Assembly: GCA_000004985.1 (NCBI GenBank)
Contig: GG738849.1
Direction: 5' to 3' (one strand)
DNA from: Naegleria gruberi
Lineage: Eukaryota
Length of the DNA stretch: 64,000 nt
Part shown: one piece after another, positions 40,912 to 50,700 of the stretch
How positions within the stretch are numbered: position 1 is the stretch's first letter
How the letters are laid out: every line of letters begins with the position of its first letter
The notes under the pieces: generated by a model
Databases searched by the model: none
What the model saw: the letters and a program-made list of their open reading frames with translations, nothing else
What the model was told of the DNA's origin: nothing
Translations under genes and position numbers: made by a program

Positions 40912-43263
40912 ATGGTTCCCGCCAAGGCAAACTTGTGGAAGCTTTCAAAAAAAATGAGCCCAAACCAAATGATCATTCAACCATTCAATCAATGTATCTA
41001 TATGATTCATCATGCCACAACTGATATTGAAGAATTTTACATGATTGATGCATCGGATGCTGATAATATTGTTAAACGCCTGATTGCAACAGTTAATTTA
41101 AACGATTTGGCTAATGTTTCAACAGAAAATGCTCCTATTTGTAGGCTTGAACAAGTCATTTTAGATTGGGAGAGTGATTTGATGAATCAACTTGTTGGAT
41201 CACAAAAATTAATCAGAGGTTTCGCCAAAACAGTCAAAAGAAGTGAAAATTACTGTTCTTCTTATCGTTCCTGTTTCGTATGGAATAGTGTGAACGATTT
41301 TGATGTGAAAAATATTGTTATTGCTGATATCAATGAAGATGGTATTTCATTTGTTGACGGTTTCATGCTCATGTCATATAATAGAGCTCCAAGTCTTGAA
41401 AAGAGTCAATCTGTTAATTCTCTCAAATTGGAACCATGCAACGAGATTACAATGCCACAATCAGATATCATGTCAAGAACGGAATCTGTTGCAATTGTTA
41501 TTCCTTGCTCAAATGTTATCAAAAGAGATTACTCACTGAATGGTTTTTTTGATGGAAAAGACAAGGTTTATTTATTCGATTTGAAGAGTGGAAAATTTGA
41601 CCTTTCAGTCACTGGTGTTTCATTTGGTGCCACTTTCGTGAATTCTTCTTGTGGAGTTTGTAATGTACCATTCTTGGAGGGTGAGAGATTAAGAGTCTTC
41701 TTGCTTCTAAGTTTTAGATTGTATGAAATTGTTTGGAAAGGAGAGGAAAATAATAGTGATCTAATCTTAATCAGACATTTGGAATGGATTGAAAGAATCA
41801 ATTCTGTCACAAGAATGGATAATTTTGGTTTATTGATTCAATCTAGGTCAAAAGATGGTACTCAATATTATGTCTATTGTCCACAACCTTATAATACAGA
41901 GAATTTGAAAAAGGAAGGGAAATTGATAGAATTACCAAAGAGTGTTTATGAGAATGTTACAGATATAGTGTACGCTCCTAAATCCAAGCGTCTCTTGTCT
42001 GTGAAAGATGTAAATCTTTCAAAATCACTCAGTTTGGAAGAAATTCAAGTATTACCATCAAACATAATCAAATCAATTTTCAATGAAGAAGAATATTTGG
42101 AAAAGTTAAAGTTTGACACTTCATTTAAAACATATCAACCAAGACTCATAACTGATGCATGTGAAGTGGTAACAACAATTCCCAATCATCCAAGAATTAG
42201 TCGAGCTTATCAAATTCTTGAAGGAAGACACAATGAAATTGAAATTGTTGCTGGTATTGGATGTAAGAATTATATTGACAAGTTGGGAGATTTAATTTCT
42301 AATGATTATGTAGAATTGAATATTGAGGATTTGGCTGATTACCTTGGTGCTCCAGTAATTTATGAACAATATTCTATTGTAGAATATACTTATTTTATCA
42401 AAGATATGGTTGATGGATTAAGATCTTCAAAAGCTATTGAATTTTCTCGTGTAACAAGAGGAGGAGGAGGAGGATATGGTTCCTCCTATGCTTACTTTAA
42501 TGATGATTTTTCGTCCCCAAAGTTTATTGGCATATTATCATGCAGACCAAAGCAACCAGAAGAAGAAGAAGATGATGAAATGGAGGATGAGGAAGAGAAA
42601 ACTGAAAAAGAGTACGAACAATTGTTCAGAACAAAAGAGTTCAAAGTTGAGAGTACTTCAATGGTTGTCATTGATCCATTTACAACAAACTCTGGCGTAA
42701 TCATAAAGAATGTAAGACCTGGTATTTGGAATTGGAAAACTACTCACAAATCCAAAGATCATGTGGATGGAGGTTATGAGGACCATTTTTTGACAGCTCA
42801 AATAGTTGCCATTCATCAAGATTATTATGAAGAATTAAGTTCTGATCCAAAACTTTGGTTAGTTCCAAACAATGTCTACAGAAAATTGGAGAGAAATCAC
42901 AAAGTTGAAAGGGATGAATACTATGATGATGAAATTGAGGGAGGATGGTTTGTTATGAAATTGGGTGTAGGGGTAGACGTTGCCATGGCTGGAATCTTTG
43001 ATGAAAAGTACTTTAATGATGAAAAATGTTTGGAATTGAAGAGAAAACCAAAATCCAAATTTGAAGCTTCTTGCAAGCTTTCGTTTAATTCAGATTGGCA
43101 AGATTACTTTTTCAAAAAGATGGAGCAAGATAACTATCCTTCAAAATTAGCAGCACCTTTTGGAATTATTACTTCAAGTGGATATGGAGATGGATGTTAT
43201 GCTTGTTTATTCAAGAAATCAAAAGGAGGAGATGTTATTGCTGTTCGTCTTGTATTTTGTTAA
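40912..43263 (+). CDS. Hypothetical 783-aa protein with a DUF4241-like C-terminal domain
   Basis: C-terminus ...GWFVMKLGVGVDVAMAGIFDEKYF...FGIITSSGYGDGCYACLFKKSKGGDVIAVRLVF matches the characteristic SGyGDGsYpvy...G.vva DUF4241 motif. It is transcribed divergently from the HTH gene across a 153-bp intergenic region. Confidence 0.4.
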   Translation: MVPAKANLWKLSKKMSPNQMIIQPFNQCIYMIHHATTDIEEFYMIDASDADNIVKRLIATVNLNDLANVSTENAPICRLEQVILDWESDLMNQLVGSQKLIRGFAKTVKRSENYCSSYRSCFVWNSVNDFDVKNIVIADINEDGISFVDGFMLMSYNRAPSLEKSQSVNSLKLEPCNEITMPQSDIMSRTESVAIVIPCSNVIKRDYSLNGFFDGKDKVYLFDLKSGKFDLSVTGVSFGATFVNSSCGVCNVPFLEGERLRVFLLLSFRLYEIVWKGEENNSDLILIRHLEWIERINSVTRMDNFGLLIQSRSKDGTQYYVYCPQPYNTENLKKEGKLIELPKSVYENVTDIVYAPKSKRLLSVKDVNLSKSLSLEEIQVLPSNIIKSIFNEEEYLEKLKFDTSFKTYQPRLITDACEVVTTIPNHPRISRAYQILEGRHNEIEIVAGIGCKNYIDKLGDLISNDYVELNIEDLADYLGAPVIYEQYSIVEYTYFIKDMVDGLRSSKAIEFSRVTRGGGGGYGSSYAYFNDDFSSPKFIGILSCRPKQPEEEEDDEMEDEEEKTEKEYEQLFRTKEFKVESTSMVVIDPFTTNSGVIIKNVRPGIWNWKTTHKSKDHVDGGYEDHFLTAQIVAIHQDYYEELSSDPKLWLVPNNVYRKLERNHKVERDEYYDDEIEGGWFVMKLGVGVDVAMAGIFDEKYFNDEKCLELKRKPKSKFEASCKLSFNSDWQDYFFKKMEQDNYPSKLAAPFGIITSSGYGDGCYACLFKKSKGGDVIAVRLVFC

Positions 43264-43357
43264 TAGAAAGTCTCAAATGTTGTAAACTAAGAAGAACATC
43301 TTTTGAATTGATCATTTACTATTTAATTATTTTGAAATCAAAAGTTTATTATAGAAA

Positions 43358-45622
43358 TTATGGTCCTTGATTAGTGACTGATTTGATGTATTCCTTCCAT
43401 TTTCTAGAATTATTAAATCTGTAATAGGAATCCATTAAATTTTTGTAAATTTCATAACTTAACGAACTGAATACTGCTGGGTTACAAAGATTTTCAATCA
43501 ATGGTTTCATTTCTTCCTCTTTTGTCAGATCAATATTTGGAAAATATCTTGTTTGTGAATCCTTCACAACTCTTTTAGGTAATTGATTTACCTTAATATT
43601 TTCCTGATTGAGTAAAATGAGTAATTCTCTATACTCTTTCAATTCACTATTGATCACCCTATTGGAAATGTTAACTTCAAATACTGAATCTCCCTCTGAA
43701 AGATATAATATTACCATTTCCTTAATTTTTGATATTTTAGATCTCAAATGACTTGCACTAATCTTCCTCAATAAATGTAAATCTTCATAAAAGAGTAAAT
43801 TCTCAATCGAATATTCATTTTTCAAGTATTGATAAAATAATTCTCGTTCCTTTTTGTGTAAAATTACATAGTCAATTGTAGCTGAGTTAATTGGAGAGGA
43901 TATTAATTGTTGAATATTCTCAAATACTATATCATTGGTATTGTCTGTTTGTTGGTTTCGTTTAGATTTATATGCAAGGTAATAATTCCACAATGTTCTT
44001 AGAATGGTAATTCCAGGATTGCCTGCAGAGCCACCAAGGAAATTCAATCCAAGAACAATGAACAAGTTTCCAATAAGATTAATTATTGGATTGTCAAAGT
44101 AGGGAGAAAGAAGAATGTAAATCAATAAGGAAAATCCACTTATTGTGAGAACACATGTACTTTCTATTCTATATACGAAAGGATCAGATTCATAATAAAT
44201 GTAAATGAAGAAATTCGAAGTCTTTTCTCCTCTTTCCGTATTGTTTCGTCTTTGTTTCTTATAATGGTAAAGAGAAATGAAAAAATCGCTGATTAACAGA
44301 ATTGGAATGACGAGAAATATTGCAATCGATAGTCCAGCATCCATGAAAAAGATTGCACTTCTATCCTCTTTTCTGCAATATCCACTATACGAATCCCAAT
44401 TATGGAAAAGTGAACTCCACTTGTCTGGCTTGTGACTTGCTATCTGAACACTAATCATAACATACCAAATAATTACACAAAGAGAAACGAAACCAATTTC
44501 TATAATTCTAAACTTGATGACTCTCTTTAAGAAATTCACCAATTTTCCCCTATTCGAAATTACATCAAGATCAGAATTTGACACGCCATCATCGAAATCC
44601 AATGCAATATCTTCATACAATGCATTTGCTGCTTCAATTTCAATGCTAGCATTCTTTCTTGAACTTCTCGCAGATAAAGGTCTCACTTGTGTTATATTCG
44701 AAACATCTGATGCTGATGATACATTCGTACTAGGTACAGAACTCAAATCAAGAGCCAAAACACCCTTCAAAGATTGTGAAGATCGAGTAAGGCTACTATT
44801 CGATCTCGACAATTCCAAATTAGAGTTGGAAGAAGTATCAGAAATTTTCTTATTCGAAAGGGCACTCGCATTCATCTTTTCAAATTGTTTCTTTTTAAAT
44901 TCTTCCATAGTTTTCACAATTGACTGTCTCATATTCCTAATGATATTCAGTAGTATGAATTTGGCTATCTGAATCGCATATAACGAAACACTTCCAATAA
45001 TTAAACCATAAATGACATATTCACCAATGAAACAGTAAACATTCTCAAAGGTTATGTAATTTCCTAACCATGTGGGTAATCCATTCGAATCTAGATTGTT
45101 CTTGTAGAAGGTTTGAGCATCAAGAGATGGATTAATTGACCTTTCGAATATAAATTGATTCCAATAACTTTCAAAATAAACTCGGATGAATGGAATTGTG
45201 TCGAGTGAAGCAGGTAAATGACAAATAACATTAATTGTAGTCAATACAAACGAAATAAACAACTTTGACTTGAGTGGTTCATAATCTCGCAATGCAAATA
45301 TGCAAATAAACAAAAAACTGTCAAAAATCAACGCAACACAAGCCCTGATAGGTATCAACACGGAAGGGAGGAATTTACTCGAGCTGGTCATGACAATTTC
45401 CGCCTCTGCCTGTGTTAAATTACTTGTTATATTGCTCAAAAGAATTGCAAACTCTGTCGTGTTGTAATTTGTTAAAGTGACATCTGAAGGTGGTTCCAAT
45501 TGACTGGCAGAGTTGACAAAGCAAAGAAAGAGGCACAATACTAGCAAGAGAAATTTAACACCAGCAGCAGCAGGTGCTTTTCTGTGGTGCATTATTTTTG
45601 AATATTTTCTGCTATCCTTCAA
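43358..45622 (-). CDS. 7TM receptor with C-terminal RGS domain (7TM-RGS)
   Basis: N-terminal signal peptide plus about 7 hydrophobic helices. The C-terminal RGS domain shows FYQYLKNEYSIENLLFYEDL..., VFEVNISNRVINSELKE and IYKNLMDSYYRFNNS. Confidence 0.7.
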   Translation of the reverse strand: MKDSRKYSKIMHHRKAPAAAGVKFLLLVLCLFLCFVNSASQLEPPSDVTLTNYNTTEFAILLSNITSNLTQAEAEIVMTSSSKFLPSVLIPIRACVALIFDSFLFICIFALRDYEPLKSKLFISFVLTTINVICHLPASLDTIPFIRVYFESYWNQFIFERSINPSLDAQTFYKNNLDSNGLPTWLGNYITFENVYCFIGEYVIYGLIIGSVSLYAIQIAKFILLNIIRNMRQSIVKTMEEFKKKQFEKMNASALSNKKISDTSSNSNLELSRSNSSLTRSSQSLKGVLALDLSSVPSTNVSSASDVSNITQVRPLSARSSRKNASIEIEAANALYEDIALDFDDGVSNSDLDVISNRGKLVNFLKRVIKFRIIEIGFVSLCVIIWYVMISVQIASHKPDKWSSLFHNWDSYSGYCRKEDRSAIFFMDAGLSIAIFLVIPILLISDFFISLYHYKKQRRNNTERGEKTSNFFIYIYYESDPFVYRIESTCVLTISGFSLLIYILLSPYFDNPIINLIGNLFIVLGLNFLGGSAGNPGITILRTLWNYYLAYKSKRNQQTDNTNDIVFENIQQLISSPINSATIDYVILHKKERELFYQYLKNEYSIENLLFYEDLHLLRKISASHLRSKISKIKEMVILYLSEGDSVFEVNISNRVINSELKEYRELLILLNQENIKVNQLPKRVVKDSQTRYFPNIDLTKEEEMKPLIENLCNPAVFSSLSYEIYKNLMDSYYRFNNSRKWKEYIKSVTNQGP

Positions 45623-45936
45623 TTGTCTTTTTGGGTGTTAAATATTCATGCAAGTCAACTTTGAAAAATCTCTTGAAAAGGTTTTCGCCCCAAATTTGAA
45701 AAATGGTGGTGAGGAATTGGAACTCTGTATCATTTTTCACACACTGACATTAAATTAAACAAAAAACATTCGATTGCATTTGCCGACATTTCCTTAGACG
45801 ATAAAACACAATTTTTTGATAAACATCTACAAGCTTCTCATTATTCACAAAATATCATCTCGAGCATGTGTAGGAGAAATGAATTTAGCTCAAATATTCA
45901 TACATCTCGTATTTGATAAAGAAATATTATTCGAAT

Positions 45937-47679
45937 TTAAATTGAAAATGCTGAATTGATTGTACTGAAATAGATTTCCTGTTTTGCTTTTCTAAACATT
46001 TCTGGATATTCAGAATTCATTCTTGTCATCATTTCATTCATATCCAATAAACAATGAACTCTCAATTCTTCTAATAATTCATCAATTTTTGTTTCATTCT
46101 TTTCTTTAATTAGGAAAAGCAGCTCATTGTGAAGAGAATCAATTTTGGGAATGTTTAGTTCGAGAGGAGAATTTTTTGAGAGAAAGGTTTCTAATATATT
46201 GTTGGCTATTTTCATTCGAAATGTCATTCGTCTACTTTTTCTGTAATTTTGAATAGTGTCAAAACAGAGAACTGGTTCAGAACTGTAGGAACGTCTTGAA
46301 AAATCTAAAATTGCATTAAAGGTTTCTCTTTCGGATAACAGTTTCTCATAGAGACTTGGTTCTTCATGTCCATTTCCAGATAATCCATTCATTTTCCTCT
46401 CTTGATAAATGGCTCTAATAGTTGGAATGGTGATTAATATCACAAGTTGACCAATACTATAAATTGACAAAATCATCTGAATTGGAAAAACATAATCAAC
46501 CAGATTCGTCAAAACTGAAACTCTAGGAAGTGTAAAACTGAGAATTACACATAAAATCATCAAGATTGTGGTAATTGATGTTTCAATCTTAATGAACCAA
46601 GTATCCCTTTCTGAAATTACTACCAAAATTAGAAATATTAAGGTAATCAATCCATAGAATGAATAGAGTGCAACGTAGAGGGTCATTGAATTGGGTCTAA
46701 CTTTGCAACCATATTGGAAATTATCAAATCCTGAACTAAGGTAAGTATCAGAGAAATTCTCTGGTCCAAAAATTTCTAATAATCCAATAATTAACCACAA
46801 GAGAGAATGTAGACTAAACAGAGATAGTTCAATAATAAATAGGAATTTGTTACTGAGAAGAAACTTGTACAGGATCAATAATCGTTTCTGATTTTTGGTA
46901 AATGGCTCTTTCAGTGATAGTGAACTTTCTCCACTTTCTTGAGAAATTAAATCATTCACCACTTTTTGAACTTGTGGACTAATTACATTACTCACAGTAG
47001 GAGTAGGACCGCTTGAATGCTGAGTTAATAGACGAAATAATCGATTCCTTATCACGAATGCAAAACAAGAATAAAGTGATGGAAGAGTCATGGCCCAACA
47101 CATGTTTATTCCCATGAAGGAGAATAAAAAACAGGGAAATAAGTCTCTTCCAATAAGCCATCGCAAACATGGTATGATAACATGTATGGAACTGGCGAGA
47201 ATTGTCGATGAAATCCAATAAATGCCTCTAGATTGAATGTGTCCACTGTTTCGTTTAAGAAAAACGAAAATGAAAGTGAAGAATAGTATAGGAAGAAAGA
47301 TGATAAGGAGAAGAGTCGAAAGAATAGGAATAATGATGGTATCGGGACAAACACTTGTTTCATTAGAAAGACGAAGTGGACTAAAGTCCCTCAGAGGTAT
47401 TCCCAATTCGAACAACAATGGGTCGCATAGAAGAGACAGAGTTGAGTTCATTCTTTTTTTTGTTTTGGAAAGAATTATCTCTCTTTCGGTGGTATTAAAT
47501 TGATGAAAGGCGTAAAATTGTCTAAGTAATATCAATATAAGGATCTGAAGGATTGATTTGTGGTGAGATAATGGTTTGCATATTGTTTGCCTCTTCCTTT
47601 TGCTTATCATTTCAATCATCAACATGTGTTCTGCAGAACGAATAAACTTTTTCCAATTATTCAAATTTTCAACAATCAT
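45937..47679 (-). CDS. Second 7TM-RGS receptor (tandem paralogue)
   Basis: Multi-TM N-terminal half. C-terminal RGS-like region NAILDFSRRSYSSEPVLCFDTIQNYRK...NNILETFLSKNSPLELNIPK...MNSEYPEMFRKAKQ. ATG at 47679 lies only ~23 nt downstream of the HECT gene's TAA. Confidence 0.6.
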   Translation of the reverse strand: MIVENLNNWKKFIRSAEHMLMIEMISKRKRQTICKPLSHHKSILQILILILLRQFYAFHQFNTTEREIILSKTKKRMNSTLSLLCDPLLFELGIPLRDFSPLRLSNETSVCPDTIIIPILSTLLLIIFLPILFFTFIFVFLKRNSGHIQSRGIYWISSTILASSIHVIIPCLRWLIGRDLFPCFLFSFMGINMCWAMTLPSLYSCFAFVIRNRLFRLLTQHSSGPTPTVSNVISPQVQKVVNDLISQESGESSLSLKEPFTKNQKRLLILYKFLLSNKFLFIIELSLFSLHSLLWLIIGLLEIFGPENFSDTYLSSGFDNFQYGCKVRPNSMTLYVALYSFYGLITLIFLILVVISERDTWFIKIETSITTILMILCVILSFTLPRVSVLTNLVDYVFPIQMILSIYSIGQLVILITIPTIRAIYQERKMNGLSGNGHEEPSLYEKLLSERETFNAILDFSRRSYSSEPVLCFDTIQNYRKSRRMTFRMKIANNILETFLSKNSPLELNIPKIDSLHNELLFLIKEKNETKIDELLEELRVHCLLDMNEMMTRMNSEYPEMFRKAKQEIYFSTINSAFSI

Positions 47680-47702
47680 TTTATTTCCTTTTTCAATGCC
47701 GC

Positions 47703-50700
47703 TTAACTGAGGTGGAAGGCGTTTTGACCCTCTTGAATTGCCTTGTACAATTGTTCCTTCATGATTGTCTCTGAGGAGTACTCTGGTAATTTCAAGTAGT
47801 TTGTACAGGTCATGACAGATGGAAGGTACATATCTGAGGTCTTGCCAGCATCTGCCTTCTTCAAAACAATAGTCAACTTTGGTCTAAGACTCATAATACC
47901 TCCTGAAGGCAATCTTGGAGCTCCAGTTACAAATCTTAAAAAGTCTCTCTTCTCTGAAGGTGTCATTTGAAGAAGAATCTTGAAGAATGTCTTAATTACT
48001 CTAGAAGAGTGAGTATAACCATGGTCACATTTTGTTGCTTCAACCAATAATTGCTCAGTCCACTCTTCATCAGCACCAACAAAAATATCACTCAACTCCT
48101 TGATGGAGAAACATTTCAGAGATGCAATGGAATTGTGTCCCATTACTGAATTGAATCCATTTCTGATCATTTCCACTTGTTGAATAATACCGTCATGGAG
48201 AATGGTATTAGTAACCAGTCTAAGGTATTCCTCGAGATTTTGCAGGGTAACCTCCCTATCTGACCCTCCTTCTACCAACTCAATATCTGTTCCCATTACA
48301 GTAAAAGACAGACATAAATCCTCTAACCTTGTTTTACCATCATCTCCAAATGTAATTTCTAACAAGTGAGCAGCTGTCTCTTGATCAGATAATGATTTGG
48401 ATTTAATCTCATTAACCTTTTGACACATCTTTTGTAATTTACAGAATTGTTGGTAAAGTATTGGATCTATTGTTTCAATATCATAGAAAGTAAGCTTTTC
48501 TCCTCTTAAAAGTTTGAGTAAAGCATCAGAGAATGGAATGTCTAATACTCTTCCATCATAAATGGCTCTTCCCAAAAATGTTCCAATAAAGTAATAAAGC
48601 TCTGCATCTTTTTCTGGAAGCTTTCCATCGACAAGCCTCTTCAATCTAGGATAAAGCCCTGTCTTGGTTTCAACAAGTCTGTCAAACTTGTCTGCTTCTT
48701 TTTGTTCACCTACAAATTCATCTCTGAAAATAGTCAATCCACTCTGTTGTAAAGCTCTGGAAACCAAGTTATAACACTCTACAGTTGGACCCAAACCTGT
48801 ACCAATCTCATTTTCAAAAATAAATTCAACGATTCTATCTGTATCCAAGTTAATAAGACCTTTGTATGCGCTTTGTAAAATATTTGGAGATCTGGACAGT
48901 TTGATCTTTTGTTTTCCTATTTGAATCAATCTTGCCTTTCTGTCTCTGGATTTGAAATATCTATTTTGTATGGTTAAAATTGCTCTTGCAATACCCTTGG
49001 TTGTCAAGTCAAAGTATAATTGTCTTACATCAAAAGTGAATAAAAATCCATAGTCCTCGATCAAAAGTTTTAGCCAATGAGGGAAACAGTTTCCAAAAAG
49101 ATAATATGGATCTTGAATAGATCTTACAATCTTTGAAGCCAATTTAGGGTTAAGGAATATCTTGGATGAAAGTAATACTCTCTTCATGCCTCCAGTGTGA
49201 GGCAATACAATAGCTAACTTGCTAATAAAGTTCATAATCTTAAGAAGCTCGAGAATATCAATAGCATCCTTGTCAATACCTTCCTTGATTAACGTATCCT
49301 TATCACTCGTATGACTGAAAATGTGAGTGAGAAGAACATCTTCTTTAGATTGTAATAGTTCATTTGGTTCACTCATTGTAGCGTCTTTCACTTCTTCAGT
49401 TAAATCAGAAATCTTGAAAGACAAATTTTGAGTAGTATCACCCAAGTTGAGACCAGATGGATGGTTATGAGTACCCTTTCTGTAAAAAACTTCAAATAAT
49501 GTCATGTTAGGGTTGAGAACCTCACCATTCAAAATAATTGAGTATTGTTTGGATGGTTTATCATCCTCCATAACTGCCTTGTCTTCAAGTAAGTAAGAAG
49601 TATCTTCATCTGATTTTGGAGTCTCTACTTCAATATTACCAATATTTCCGATAAATTCGTCATCATCATCTCTTTCATTAATATGGAAATAGCTGAAATC
49701 TGGAATTTGAATGGTTTGAGCTTCGGTAGATTGCTCTTTTTCATCACTGTAATTATCTTGCAAATAGTTAATGACATCTCGTACTTTACAGAGAGAATTT
49801 GCTTGCAATAGAACTACCTTCTTGTTTTCATCATTTGTCATGGATAACTTGAAATACTTTAAAAATTTACGAAGAACTGATCCTACACCAGTTAAAAGTG
49901 TGATAGACTCAGAGTAGTTAACATTCAGGTTTTCTACAGAGTTGAAAACATCAATTAGCTTTCTTACAAACTCGGAAAGATATGTTGGATTGTCATTAGC
50001 GTTTGATACTGAAAGAGAAATTTCTAAATCATTACTTTGCGAGAAATTCTTTGATTTACGAGACTTCTCCTTTCCTGCAGGGATGGATTGATCGAAAATT
50101 TGAGCAAAACGGTAAACTCTCGATTTTCTATCGTGTGTATCAGCTGAAAGATATTCAATAAGCGTTGGAATGATATTACTATTGATAATTTCAAAGTAGG
50201 TAGCAGAGTCATCAATAATCAACAAATCTCTCAATTCTGTCAATAGTTTTTCTTCCTCTGATTTGCAAGTAAGCAACTGTTTACCAATAGCCTGCAAGGC
50301 AATAAAACCAGAACTTTCCATTTTCATATCTTTTGTTCTGGTAATGTAATCCTTGTAAAAAAGTTGAGCTTTAGTTACAGCATACACTGCAAGCTCATTA
50401 TTCTTGAATGATGCCTTCTTGCTTCTTTCAGTGTACAATCTTGAGGTTTTTGGTATTTTTGGATATTCAACATGAGGATGAACCCAAGCAACAGAAATTT
50501 TTTCAGGGTCTTCATACTTTTCCTCTTCCTGTGGGGTCTCTCCTTCCTTGACTTCTTGAGGTGGTTGATTTTCTCTATTCTTAATTCTTTCATTCTTTTC
50601 TATTGCTTGCTTTTTCTGATTTTCTTCTTTCTCTTTTCTTTCCTTTTCAGCTTTTTCATAGGCAGCAATAGTATTCTTTTTCATCTTTTCTAACATCAAC

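Noticed and set aside
50375-50693. F/L-rich ORFs antisense to the HECT gene (e.g. 50472-50693 +)
   Set aside because: These are mirror images of the Lys/Glu-rich coding stretch (KEKEENQKKQAIEKNERIKNREN). AT-rich coding sequence routinely gives open antisense frames.
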